From assembly GCA_951406725.2 (NCBI GenBank), contig OX597827.1:10912001-10976000 (forward strand): 64,000 nt of DNA, given 5' to 3'. Position 1 is the first letter of the stretch. Each line of letters opens with the position of its first letter. The position numbers were made by a program, and so were the translations under genes. Shown here piece after piece: positions 12,707 through 27,350 of this stretch. The notes beneath the pieces were generated by a model that did not search any database, was not told the DNA's origin, and was given only the letters and a program-made list of their open reading frames with translations. The stretch is from Octopus vulgaris (Eukaryota).

Positions 12707-13043
12707 ATAAACTTCCGACACTCGTAGCAATGTTCTTCCTACTGCAGTAATAGTATAGCTGAAATTCCATTCAGTTGATTGCTGCAAGTTGTTTTTTGGT
12801 GAGGCTGATAGAAGCGAGTTGCCTGGCAAGCCTCAGATCCATCAACCTGCAGTGATCCCGAAAGCTTTCTTTTGGATTGTTTCAAGCTGACTGGTTATGT
12901 TATGTGAAGTATACATCTCCAATAGACAGCCATACTCCATGCTGCATCACACTTCTCGATCTGTTTTTAGATGGTGCCTTCCTTCTGTATCTTGATCCAC
13001 ATACAATTTTGCTTTTGGTTTTATAAGTTCTTATATTTTCATA

Positions 13044-13214
13044 GGCGCAGGAGTGGCTGTGTGGTAAGTAGCTTGCTAACCTACCTCATGGTTCCGGGTT
13101 CAGTCCCACTGCGTGGCACCTTGGGCAAGTGTCTTCAGCTATAGCCCCGGGCCGACCAATGCCTTGTGAGTGGATTCGGTAGACGGAAACTGAAAGAAGC
13201 CTGTCGTATATATG

Positions 13215-13249
<35 letters not shown>

Positions 13250-13460
13250 TTGTGTGTCTGTGTTTGTTCCCTAGCATTGCTTGACAACCGATGCTGGTGT
13301 GTTTACGTCCCCGTCACTTAGCGGTTCGGCAAAAAGAGACCGATAGAATAAGTACTGGGCTTACAAAAAGAATAAGTCCCGGGGTCGAGTTGCTCGACTA
13401 AAGGCGGTGTTCCAGCATGGCCGCAGTCAAATGACTGAAACAAGTAAAAGAGTAAAAGAG
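13044..13460 (+). mobile_element. SINE family B
   Basis: Full-length copy, tail runs into (AG)n. Confidence 0.92.
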
Positions 13461-13865
13461 AGAGAGAGAGAGAGATGATATTATTAATAACAGTGTGTGT
13501 GTTTATATACTGATGATACCCTGCTGTTATTTACCCAGAGAATGGAATAAAGAATGGGCCCAGTGGCAGCCATCTTGAACTGAGATGTTATCATACAAAT
13601 TATCTAAAGATGACATTTGAGTCGACAAAGTGCAAAGTAATGGTGTCAAAGGGAAAAAAATTTGAATTGCCGCTTGGGGTTTGCAAGCTGGCAATGGAAA
13701 ATGAATAAGAAACATAGGGATTTCATTAATAATAACAATGAGCTTGTATCTGTTAGAAATAATCTTCATCGTTGTTCACAACAGAGCTGCACAGAAACTT
13801 GGGAACTGTTTGTTAATGTGTAAACAAATTGAATGCAACCAGATAGATACAGTCTAGAAAGCAAA

Positions 13866-14373
13866 TGCATACAGCCATGAATGCATACATGCATACATAC
13901 ATACATGCACGCATGCATACATACATACATACATACATACATACATACATACATACATACATGCATGCATGCATACATACATACATACATACATACATAC
14001 ATGCATGCATGCATGCATGCATACATACATACATACATACGTTCATACATACATGCATACATACATACATACATACATACATGCATACATACATACGTAC
14101 ACACGTACATACATACATACACACATACATACATACATACACACATACATGCATACACATATACATACATACATACACACGTACACATGTACATACATAC
14201 ATACACACATACATACATACATACACACATACATACATACATACATACATAATACATACATACATACATACATACAAACATACATACATGCATACATACA
14301 TAATACATACATGCATACACACACGCATACATACATACACACACATACATACATACATACATACATACACACA

Positions 14374-14404
<31 letters not shown>

Positions 14405-14830
14405 GCACATACACACATACACCCACATATACACACATACATGCACACATACATACACATACATACATACATACATACATACATGTATATGCACATACAC
14501 ACATACACCCACATATATATATATTGATTTGCCTGACACATTCTGCTTGGAGAAAAGAAAAACAACAAAAACAGACATTAAAATGTTGAAGATGGTGTTA
14601 ATGAGAATCACACACACACACACTCACACCCACGCACACACATACATGCACACACCCACGCACACACACACATGCACACACACACAAACACACACATGCA
14701 CACGCACACATACACACACACATGCACACACATGCACACACACACACACACACATCACATTCCACTTGGCTCACAACGACACATACACACACACACACAC
14801 AGACACACACACACAATATATATACATACA
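13866..14830. repeat. (ACAT)n/(AC)n compound microsatellite, about 1 kb
   Basis: Directly visible; source of the MYVC/HTYI ORFs. Confidence 0.97.
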
Positions 14831-15175
14831 GAGTATGGAAGCCCCTCCAATCACTTCAAAGCTGTAAAGTCTAATAGACCTAAAAATATCCTTTCCATTA
14901 CCCTCGAATAATGCATCCAGTGCTAGTCACTCTCTCTCCTCCCCCTCTCTCTACTCCCCTCTCTCTCACGCTCCCCCCTCTCTCTCCTCCCCACCTCTCT
15001 CACTCTCCCCCTCTCTCTCTGTGCATATATATATATATATATATATATACATTTAAGAATAATAAAATTGTACTCTACAAAAGTATAGAGTAACCCATCA
15101 GATTAATGTAAAATTGCTTTTAATACACCTGAAAGTAACACCTGCCCCCCCACACCCACACCCACACGCATGCAA

Positions 15176-15206
<31 letters not shown>

Positions 15207-15382
15207 TACACACACACATCCTGATCTTTGGAAACATGCTGCAATATGTCCCATTCCCAAGAAGAGCATACCCTCTTGAACTCAACTTGTAACATCTCAA
15301 AAAGAATAACGGTAACCATTAAAAAGCACTGTCTTTGAGTGCTCAGGACTTACAGGGCTGGTTACCTGGTTTCCATGGTATT

Positions 15383-15628
15383 TAGAAGTGGATGCTGAAA
15401 AGTTCTTGACTTTGGATAAAAGAAAATACAGGAGGATCAGTTAATTATGATTTTATTCAACATATAGGCGCAGGAGTGGCTGTGTGGTAAGTGACTTGCT
15501 AACCAACCACATGGTTCCGGGATCAGTCCCACTGCGTTGCATCTTGGGCAAGTGTCTTCTACTATAGCCTCGGACCGACCAAAGCCCTGTGAGTGGATTT
15601 GGTCGACAGAAACTGAAAGAAGCCTGTC

Positions 15629-15674
<46 letters not shown>

Positions 15675-16021
15675 ATATGTTTGTGTGTCTGTGTTTGTCC
15701 CCCACCAACATCGCTTGACAACCAATGCTGGTGTGTTTACGTCCCCGTAACTTAGCAGTTCAGCAAAAGCGATCGATAAAATTAGTACTAGGCTTACAAA
15801 GAATAAGTTCTGGGGTCGATTTGCTCGACTCAAGGCAGTGCTCCAGCATGGCCACTGTCAAATGACTGAAACAAGTAAAAGAGTAAAAGAGAGACATTCT
15901 CCTCTCAGACTTACACACTTTTTGCAGCAATAAGCCCTGCAAAAGAATTTGAAAGGTTGGGCCTCCAACCAGGCCTTTTGCAATACCCTTAAAACCAAGA
16001 ACTTTCCAGCACCTCTTCATA
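15383..16021. mobile_element. Mariner-type MITE interrupted by a family B SINE
   Basis: Imperfect TIRs GAAGTGGATGCTGAAAAGTTCTTG / CAAGAACTTTCCAGCACCTCTTC with TA at the outer ends. Confidence 0.65.
15467..15892 (+). mobile_element. SINE family B
   Basis: Full-length copy nested in the MITE. Confidence 0.92.
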
Positions 16022-16029
16022 ACTGAACA

Positions 16030-16215
16030 ATATCACATTTCCCCTCTCTGGAATGCCAGTTCATCTCAGAGTTACTCATTTAACAGCTGAGTAGGCAGAA
16101 GAAATGTGAAATGAAGTATTTGCCTCAAGAACACAAGGAACCACCTGGTATGGGTTTTGAAACTTTGATTTTGCAACTGTGAGTGCAACACCCTAACCAC
16201 TAGACCATGTGCCAT
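16030..16215 (-). mobile_element. Old SINE family E, degenerate
   Basis: Similar to the 1130-1453 and 60305-60555 copies. Confidence 0.55.
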
Positions 16216-16223
16216 CACTGTAA

Positions 16224-16620
16224 TACTCTCTTTTACTCTTTTACTTGTTTCAGTCATTTGACTGCGGCCATACTGGAGCACCGCCTTTAGTCGAGCAACT
16301 TGACCCCGGGACTTATTCTTTGTAAGCCCAGTACTTATTCTATCGGTCTCTTTTGCCGAACCGCTAAGTGACGGGGACGTAAACACACCAGCATCGGTTG
16401 TCAAGCAATGCTAGGGGGACAAACACAGACACACACATACATATATATACATATATACGACAGGCTTCTTTCAGTTTCCGTCTACCAAATCCACTCACAA
16501 GGCATTGGTCGGCCCGGGGCTATAGCAGAAGACACTTGCCCAAGATGCCACGCAGTGGGACTGAACCCGGAACCATGAGGTTGGTTAGCAAGCTACTTAC
16601 CACACAGCCACTACTGCGCC
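16224..16620 (-). mobile_element. SINE family B
   Basis: Full-length copy. Confidence 0.92.
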
Positions 16621-17082
16621 TATGTTAACCATTTATCATAAAATATTCTCTGATACCTTGAATCTTTCTCTCTCTCTCTCTCTTCTTAACGATCATCATT
16701 AAAGGCTTTTATAACACTTGATCAACTGGAGAAGTATTCTCCTTTATTACTTAACATTGTAGGTTACTAGAAATGTATTGCTAGACACAATGTTATAACC
16801 AGTTCAAGGAGGCCAGTGTCAGGATCGAACTCAGAAACAAACCATTCACTGAGTTTTGCCATGGAGAAAATTTCTTGGTGTAGGCAAATGGTGTAAACAC
16901 ATCTAAATCAGCTCACAGCGCCACCCATCCAGACTGTGAGATGCAAGCATTTCAGAGTGGTTATCTCCTCTTCAGTCACAGAAACTGGACAGTGGTGCTG
17001 CAAGCTGATAAGAGAGATGATCTCTCTTATGCTATTCCAGTCATTGTATATCAACTGGTAGTACTAATCAGTGGTATATTAA

Positions 17083-17555
17083 GGCGGTGACCTGGCAGAA
17101 AGGTTAGCACGCCGGGCGAAATGCGTAGCCATATTTCGTCTGCCGTTACGTTCTGAGTTCAAATTCCGCGGGGGTCGACTTTGCCTTTTATCCTTTCGGG
17201 GTCGATAAATTAAGTACCAGTTACGCACTGGGGGCGATGTAATCGACTTGATACCTATGTCTGTCCTTCTTTGTCCCTTCTGTGTTTAGCCCCTTGTGGG
17301 TAATAAAAGAAATAGGTATATTAAGATGGCGAGGTGGCAGAAACGTTAGCACGCCGGGCGAAATGCGTATCCGTATTTTGTCTGCCATAACGTTCTGAGT
17401 TCAAATTCCGCGGAGGTCAACTTTGCCTTTTATCCTTTCGGGGTCGATAAATTAAGTACCAGTTATGCATTGGGGTCGATGTAATTGACTTAATACCTAT
17501 GTCTGTCCTTCTTTGTCCCCTCTGTGTTTGGCCCCTTGTGGGTAGTAAAGAAATA
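17083..17555 (+). mobile_element. Two head-to-tail full-length family C SINEs
   Basis: Units 17083-17314 and 17325-17555; GGTATATTAAG at 17073-17083 and 17315-17325 brackets the first. Confidence 0.9.
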
Positions 17556-17590
17556 GGTATTGCTAGAGTCCAAGAAAATTTTTGTAGCAA

Positions 17591-17995
17591 GGCACAGGAG
17601 TGGCTATGTGGTAAGTAGCTTGTTTACCAACCACATGGTTTCGGGTTCAGTCCCACTGTGTGGCACCTTGGGCAAGTGTCTTCTACTATAGCCTCGGGCT
17701 GACCAAAGCCTTGTGAGTGGATTTGGTAGGCGGAAACTGAAAAGAAGCCCGTCGTATATATGTATATATATATATATATATATGCGTGTGTGTGTTTGTC
17801 CCCCTAGCATTGCTTGACAACCGATGCTGGTGTGTTTACGTCCCCGTTACTTAGCAGTTCGGCAAAAGAGACCGATAGAATAAGTACTGGGCTTACAAAA
17901 GAATAAGTCCCGGGGTCGAGTTGCTCGATTAAAGGCGATGCTCCAGCATGGTCGCAGTCAAATGACTGAAACAAGTAAAAGAGTAAAAGAGAGTA
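17591..17995 (+). mobile_element. SINE family B
   Basis: Full-length copy. Confidence 0.92.
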
Positions 17996-18004
17996 AGTGA
18001 GTCA

Positions 18005-18338
18005 TGTGACAAAAATTTTGAACTCAAGACTCCATCACATTTTGAAATGCTGCCATCGGAAATGTTGCATTCCAAGAAGATTGAGACCAAAGAAGTGGAA
18101 TTTTGAGAACCAATACTTTGCAAGGTGTGTAGAAGATGGACACTTTCTAACAAAGACTGTTTCGATTGATGAAGCTACGTTTAGTTACATGACTTGGCAT
18201 CAGGAAGGACATTGAGCCATAGAAACCCAGTTAAAACAGACCACAGAACCTGCTGTCCAATCCTGAACTTGCCAGCTGCTGTCAAACCGTCCAACCCATG
18301 CCAACAGAGGAGACTCGAAAACGGATGTTAAACGATGA

Positions 18339-18400
<62 letters not shown>

Positions 18401-18419
18401 GTGGTGGTGATGGTGATGG

Positions 18420-18512
<93 letters not shown>

Positions 18513-18521
18513 GGATGATGG

Positions 18522-18601
<80 letters not shown>

Positions 18602-19040
18602 CCACCACAATAGCACCAATTGGGGAAGTAAGAACCCAAATACCATGTCAATTTATCAATTGTTATAGATAAGTTGTGACTTATCACCAGAAGGATTACT
18701 TTGGGCCGTTGCTTTTCGATAGTACAGTGACAGATTCCATTTAATGGAAATTGCTCTGTCAATCTGTCGTGCCAAGCATTCAAGGGGACTTTGAAGATGC
18801 GAAGTTTTATTTTCAGCAAGATGAAGCAGTCCCATACTACTGTTCTACAGTAAGGGCCTCTGTTGATCAGATTTTGGCAATCAGGTGAATTGAACAGAGG
18901 TTCAATGGAATATACTTATTGTTCATCAGGCCAAGCACCAAAAGAAATTTTTTTTATGGAGACACTTAAAAGGTAAAGTTTGTTATACAAAATTGACAAT
19001 GGACAACAAACTGAGGGTAGTCATTGAAAGAGAAAGAAAA
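18005..19040 (+). pseudogene. Decayed Tc1/mariner-superfamily transposase fragment, interrupted by a family D element and (GAT)n
   Basis: EDGHFLTKTVSIDEATF (FSDEATF-like), HNSTNWGSKNP, FYFQQDEAVPYY (FQQDGAPPH-like) and FFLWRHLKGKV occur in DDE-domain order with stops and frameshifts. Confidence 0.75.
18190..18600 (+). mobile_element. Family D 3' fragment with expanded (GAT)n tail (18333-18600)
   Basis: GGCATCAGGAAGG...CCGTCCAACCCATGC...GGATGTTAAAC(GAT)n. Confidence 0.8.
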
Positions 19041-19274
19041 CAAATACCAAATGTGATTCTGGTGTCACAAAACAGTACTTATTACAGTTTGTAATGCGGT
19101 TGGTCTTATGAAAGGCATCCAACTGTAGAAGCCATGCCAAAGCAAATGATGAAGCTTGAATAAGTCCTTTGATTTGTTGGACTCTGTTAATTCATTGAGC
19201 TCATGTCCGCAAGGAAGACACATATTAAGTGATGTTGATGATGATGATGGTGAGGAGGAGGATGAGCATGACAC

Positions 19275-19344
19275 ATATGCATATATATATGTGTGTGTGT
19301 GTACATATATATATATATATACACATATATATATATGTATGTGT

Positions 19345-19419
<75 letters not shown>

Positions 19420-19624
19420 TAAATATATATTATATAATATATATATATATATACATTAATATATATATATATTATATTATATATATATATAATATTATAT
19501 ATATATATATATAGATAGATAGATAGATACATATGTAGGGTATACAATATATAGATGATATATGTGTGTGTGTATGTGTGTGTATATATATGTAAAGAGA
19601 TACAGATAAATAGAGAGATATGTA

Positions 19625-19697
<73 letters not shown>

Positions 19698-20163
19698 ATA
19701 TAAATATGAATATATATAGGCATATACATGTATGCGTGTATGCATGTGTATGCATGTGTATGTATGCGCATGTGTGTATGTGAAAGGAGGCTTCTACTTA
19801 AATTCTATCTACCAAATACCTTTCATATTTTACTTGGTCAACTCGGGGTTATAGTAGTAGACACTTGGTACAGTGTGCTGCACGGCGGCATCGTACCACA
19901 TAACACGTGATTTCAAAGTAAACTTGCTCACCACACAGCCATGCAGTCACATGCTCGTGTTTGTGTGTCGATGCGTGTGCGCGTGCGCATGTGTGTGTGA
20001 GTCTGTGTTTTTCAGTGTGTGAGTAAGTGCGTATGTGCACGAGTGCACGCGCACGCAAGTACAATCACGTGCTTGTGTTTGCGTGTATATGTGAGCGTAT
20101 GTATATATATATATATACATATATATATTTGCGTGACTGTACATCTTTGTCTGCGTATATTAT

Positions 20164-20219
<56 letters not shown>

Positions 20220-20431
20220 TTTATATATATGCATATATAATATATATACATATATTTATATACACGTATATATAATCTATATATATATTGTATATACATA
20301 TATATATATATTATATATATATAAATATATAATATATATAATATATATACACATACATATATATTTATATATATATATACACATATATATATATATATAT
20401 ATGTGTATGTATATATCTCTCTCTCTCTCTA

Positions 20432-20467
<36 letters not shown>

Positions 20468-20724
20468 ATTTATCTCTTATCTGTTATTTTTTAGTTCTTT
20501 CAGTTCTTCTTAAGCTACAGCCATTCTGGAGCACTACCTTGAAAGGTTTAATTGAGCAAACTGATCTTAAACCTGGTATTTACTCTGTTAGTCGCTTTTG
20601 TGAAAATTCTAAATTTACAGAGACATAAACAAACTAACTTCGGTCATCAAGCACTAGTTGAGGAGAAACACCAACACAAACACACAAACACATTGAAATA
20701 TATATATATACATATATATATAAG

Positions 20725-20776
<52 letters not shown>

Positions 20777-20977
20777 TATGTGTGTGTGTGTGTACTTATA
20801 TATATACAAACATACACAACAAGCCTGTTTCAGTTTCGGTCTACCAAATCCATGCTCAAGGGTTAGGTTGGGTTGGGGTAATAGCGTAAGGTATTTCAAC
20901 AAGGTATTCCACCATGAGAGGAAACCTGGGACCATGTGGTTGAGAAGCAATCTTCATACCCATACTACACAGCCATG

Positions 20978-21023
<46 letters not shown>

Positions 21024-21028
21024 CATAG

Positions 21029-21067
<39 letters not shown>

Positions 21068-21192
21068 CATATATACACACACACACACATTCCCTTTTCC
21101 CTTCTTTCCTGAGCGTCCAATAATACTATATTTGTTCCACGTCCTCGCGTTGTTATGTTCTTTTGTTTTTTTGTGTTTTCTTGTTTGGATTA

Positions 21193-21238
<46 letters not shown>

Positions 21239-21970
21239 TATATACATAAATATATATATACATATATACATATATATATACATATACATATATATATATA
21301 TATATACATACATATATATATGCATATATTATATATATGCGTGTATATATATACATGTGTAAAAGTATATACATACATAGATACATATTCACATGCATAT
21401 GTATGCATGCACACTCACATAGACACACATATAGACACACTCACACACACATGTATGTATACATGTGGAGGAAAATGTATTGAGCTACAATGAAAATAAA
21501 ACCATTTAATACGGCAACACACACACACTCACACACACATGGATGTACACAAGCACATGTATAGATGCAGGAATAATATGAACCTTCGTAAGAATCACAT
21601 TCATAATTCTTTAAATATGAAATTATTGATAATTTTTCCAACATATTTCTGTGCATTGTTTTTTTTCTAAAGGCAGTTAGCGTTTTCACAGAAATAGTTT
21701 CCCTTGTAACCTCCCTTGATTTAATAGATCATCTTCTATGACAGGTTTTTGATACTCCACCACCATCACCGTCGCCACCACCACCACCACTACCATCTTC
21801 AATGACAACAGCAGCAGCAGCAGCAACAACAATAACAGAGGCAGCAAGGAAAACCCGAGAAAATATAAAAAAAATTTAATTGAATGAGGCTTTTATTTAT
21901 GGATTCGTTGTCTCAAGTATACACATTTTTATAGACACTTTTACTTACATACAATAGATATATACATACA

Positions 21971-22003
<33 letters not shown>

Positions 22004-22133
22004 GTATGTATTTATATATGTTTTTATATATATTATATTTATATATATACATATGTATTTATGTATATATATGTTTATATATATATTTATATATATATAC
22101 ATATGTATTTATGTATATATGTTTATATATATA

Positions 22134-22178
<45 letters not shown>

Positions 22179-22291
22179 GTCTATGCAAATATATGCACTT
22201 ACACACGTTTAATTAAATAATACATCCATGCACTTATACAGGTGCATATATCTTAAGTCGCAAACGCATGCATATCTTTATATGCATGCAA

Positions 22292-22328
<37 letters not shown>

Positions 22329-23778
22329 AATGCATTGATAGAAATGTAGCCTTATGTGTGTGTGTGTGTGTGGGGAGGGGTATACACACATGTATATTCA
22401 GAAAACATATGTATATACATACATACATACATACATACATACATACCAACAGACATATACATACACATATGTTTAATTTAAGTAATGCATGCACACACAC
22501 CCACACACACACCCATACACACACACACACATACATGCAGGTATGCGTTCAAATGTACAACAGATGCATATTTAGCATACATATGCACACTCACACATGC
22601 ACACTCACACATGCACACACACAAACACACACACACACATGTGTGCATCCACACATACGCACACGTACGGGGGGGGAACCAACTGTATATATACTGATTC
22701 GCAATTGATAAAAGTAAAGGTTTTTCAAATTTATTCAGATATATGTAGGTCAAGTACTTGTTAAAAAGGAATTCTGATTGAGCAAGAGGCTCTTTGCTCT
22801 CCTATAGTCCAGACTGGTTCATAGGGGTACTTCAAAAGACTATCTCTCCCTGCTCCCTTTTTGGTCCTCTCTCTCCCCCTTTCTTCTTCACTCTTTCACT
22901 TCACTCTCTCACACACTTTTTCTCTGACACTCTTCCTTTCACTCGCTCCAGCTCTGTCTCTTCACACAAGCAATAAGGTGAAAAGTACAAAGGAGTGTCT
23001 GCTGCTTCAACCAGTAGTGTTTCTTCAAAAGCCTACTATAGGGAAACGTTAACGACTCTCCCCTCTCTCTCCCTCTCTCCCTCTTTCTCTCCCTCTTTCT
23101 CTCCCTCGCTCTCTCTCTCTCTCTTAGGCAGCAGCATTTGATGGGAAAAGGAACTGAGGAATCTGTGTGCCATACAATGGGTGCAGTACAGTGCAATGTG
23201 GCTGCAACACCATGTGTACAGATCAACTACATATTCTCCCTCGAAACTGCTTGCATCATAGTCATGCAGGCATGCATGTATTTTTAAAACATTGTATATA
23301 AATATAAATGCAACTCCACATACCTACATATGTGTGTGTGTGCGTGTATGTGTATGTGTGTGTGTAAGTGTGTGTGTGTGTGTGTAATTATTATTTTTTT
23401 TTTTTTAAATGGGATTAAAGAAAGAATGTGTGTTGTATTTATAGACTCCAAAATAACAAAATTATATTTAAACATTGCATAGGTGCAGAAATGGTTTCAC
23501 ACATGTGACATTTATACATGCACACACATGCACACTCTATATATATATGCATATATATATATATACATATATAACACACACACATATATATGTACAAATT
23601 GGTATATATATATATATATGTGTATATATATATGTATATATATATATATATATATGTACATGTGTTTGTGTATATATATATATATGTATATATACACACA
23701 TATATACATGCATAAATACAGATATATATGTATATATATATGCATATATATATGTGTGTGTATATATTTATACACACA

Positions 23779-23832
<54 letters not shown>

Positions 23833-24120
23833 AACATATATACAGAAACATATACATATAAATGCATATATGCATATATATATATATGTGTGTGTATATA
23901 TGTATGTATGCATGCATGTATGTGTGTGTATGTATTCTTGCATGCATATATGTGTGTATAAAAATGCTTATAAGCCGAATAAACGAATGTGTATCATAAT
24001 TGACAGAAGTCAGGAATGAGTGATTGATAAGAAGGAAAATCAAAGTGTGGGAAAGGAGAAAGAAGGAAACGAACGAATGAATGAATGAATGAATGAATGA
24101 ATGAATGAATGAATGAAAAG
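19275..24120. repeat. Dense field of (TA)n, (TG)n, (TACA)n, (CT)n and (GAAT)n microsatellites with short unique islands
   Basis: Directly visible. Confidence 0.9.
20490..20980 (-). mobile_element. Old diverged family B-related SINE
   Basis: Degenerate tail, internal microsatellite and head (CAGTTTCGGTCTACCAAATCC...ACCATGTGGTTG...CACAGCCATGCC). Confidence 0.65.
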
Positions 24121-26141
24121 TTGAAAGAATGAATGAAATGAATGATACCTGATAGGGGTACATTTTGGCTTTTATTCCTTATTTCTTGCTATCGTAAGAG
24201 CTGAAACTGAAGATTGTACTGCTACTTGATTCTTTTAGAAGACTCCAGATTATTTTTTCTTCAAAATAGCAAAACCCGTTGGAGAAGACAAAATATTATA
24301 GTTTTAAGGGTCTTTAAATTTTTCGATATAGCTTCACGACCGATAGATTAAGTACTGGGCTTACAAAGAATAAGTCCCGGGGTCGATTTGCTCGACTAAA
24401 GGCGGTGCTCCAGCATGGCCGCAGTCAAATGACTGAAACAAGTAAAAGAGTAAAGAGTAAAGAGTTTATTATGTAGGAACAGATTTCTTGGGCATGGAAT
24501 CTAAGGTGACCCCAGCTCTTATAGTTTCTTTATTTTGCTGCCAAAACCAAATTAGTTTTAATAAAGATCAGCAATGAAATTCTTTAAATATTTTTTTTTT
24601 TTGTTTGTGTCTGTAGATATCTATGCAAAAGATATTTTTTTGTACAAATCTAGAAAAACGATTACATATACATACATATATATTTATGTCTATAAATATA
24701 TATATAACCTAAATTAAGTGATATTCAGTCAAAGTAGTTGAAACAAATATTTTCAATTTAACACAATAACCGTTCTTTTTTTTTTTCTTAATGGGATGCC
24801 TGTAATTTTTGATAAGGTTATTATGATATTTCTTTAACGAGATTATGTATTTAGAAATCATATTTATTATTAAGAGTAAAAATAAATATTTATGTATATT
24901 TATATATCATTGCAGGAATTTGATAATAAATGTTTGTGGCTTTTGGTGCTTAGCCACATGTCGGAACCTATCTTGCAGACAATTTGATTAAAGGCATTCC
25001 AGCCATGGCCATTCTGTTTATTTTTTTTCAGGCATAGTGTTTATATCGCATGCTTTAATTCGCGGTATTTTATAATAAAAGATTGAGGTTGTAGTTGTTG
25101 TTGTTGTTGTTGTTTCACCTCAACTTGGCTCTGATCAAGAATAGGAAATGATCAAAGGTATTCCAGCCATGACCATTCCAGTTTCTGTTTTATAGGCATA
25201 GTGTACCCCAGATTATAGTATCCAATGTGTCCTCTATCCTTTTTTGTTTAAGATGGCAGCACGTGAGTTGAGAGGAGTTTGTCTGCTACATCTAGCAGTT
25301 GGAACAACCATGCCGAATCTCCTTTTGTTTAGTGATCAGTCATAACATTGACTTTAGGGAGTGAAGGGGATACAAAAAAAAAAATGGAAGTTGAGACATA
25401 TATGGCTTTTCAAAGAGGTACACATGACCTAAGTATGTGTGCGGTGTGTGTGTAGCAAGGCAGAAATGGCTACTACTGGTAATTGAACGCCAGGAGCTCA
25501 CATTCTATCAACGGCTTTCGCCATTGGTTACGAAATAGGGCAAATATGAATGATAAGTGCATGAAAAAAATGCATGAATCACCATTGATTCTAGTAAAAA
25601 AAAAAAAAAAGAAAAAGACAAAAAGACACTCTCAAACTGATGTAAAAACAAAGAAGAGAAAATAAAATAAGAATTAAAAATTTTTCGAAGAATACAAAGA
25701 AAAAAAGCAATGATAGATATTCATTCGATAGTTAAAAACAAAGATTAAATCAGTGAAAATAGTTTAATATCTTGGTAGGGCTTTTCTTTTATTTTACATA
25801 TAAGAATACATCCATTTAAATAGGGGATAATATAATATCAAGAGAAAATGAGATGGGAACTGACAAGAAAATACATTATAAGCATTTCCAATATATATAT
25901 ATATGTATATATATATATACATATATGTATATAAATACAAACACACACACATAAATACTCAGACACAGACACACACACATATAGAGAGAATGATACATAT
26001 GAATATATATAATTTATATATGTATATATATATACATATTCATGTATATATGTATATCTATATTATATATATATATATACACACAATATATATATACACA
26101 TATGTACATATCTATATATATATATATGCATATCTATCTAC

Positions 26142-26238
<97 letters not shown>

Positions 26239-26659
26239 TCTTTTACTATTTTATTTGTTTCAGTCATTTGACTGTGGCCATGCTGGGGCACCGCCTTTAG
26301 AAAGACGTTCCCATACTAATAATAATACTAATAATAATAATACTAATATATATATATATATTTTTTTTTCTTATTTTTCTTATTTTATCTAGTTTCAGCT
26401 CACGAGCTGTGGCCATGCTGGGGCACCGCCACTATTTGCTAATATATTTTATTGGATCCTTTCCTTTTCATTTTCATATTCGTTTTCGTATTTATTTTAT
26501 TCCCATTCACAATTATTTCCGTTCTAAACGAACCATTCCATAGACTTTATCTGTTCACTTTAGTTTGGAGGATTTCTTTGTAACATCTATTTTGTAAATA
26601 CAACTCAAAACAGAAAACAACTTATGGTTAGTAAGGGAAATATAATGGAAATAGGGCAG

Positions 26660-26715
26660 GAGTACTACTACTTTTACTACTACTACTACTACTACTACTA
26701 ATAATAATAATAATA

Positions 26716-26750
<35 letters not shown>

Positions 26751-26868
26751 AATGATGATGATGATGATGATGATGATGATAATAATAATAATAATGATAA
26801 TAATAATAATAATAATAATGATGATGATGATGATGATAATAATAATGATAATAATAATAATAATAATG

Positions 26869-26929
<61 letters not shown>

Positions 26930-27034
26930 TGATGATGATGATGATAATAATAATGATAATAATAAATAATAATAATAATAATAATGATAATAATAATAAT
27001 AATAATAGTATTAATAATAGTAATATTAATAATG

Positions 27035-27083
<49 letters not shown>

Positions 27084-27110
27084 TAATAATGAATAACGAT
27101 AATAATAATA
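26660..27110. repeat. (TAC)n/(TAA)n/(TGA)n compound microsatellite
   Basis: Directly visible. Confidence 0.97.
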
Positions 27111-27112
27111 AT

Positions 27113-27315
27113 TCTTTCTACTATAGGCACGTGGCCTGAAATTTTTTTGGGGGGGGGGGGGGTAGGGAGCCAGTTGATTAGATCGACCCCAGTATGCAAC
27201 TGGTACTTAATTTATCAACCCTGAAAGGATGAAAGTTCAAAGTTGACCTCGGTGGAATTTGAATTCGGAGCCTAAAGACAGACAAAATATCGCTAAACAT
27301 TTCACCCGTGCAGAC

Positions 27316-27317
<2 letters not shown>
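27113..27317 (-). mobile_element. Older family C-related SINE with alternative tail
   Basis: Family C core plus tail (plus strand CTTTCTACTATAGGCAC.AGGCCTGAAATTT) also seen at 63392-63594. Confidence 0.8.
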
Positions 27318-27350
<33 letters not shown>

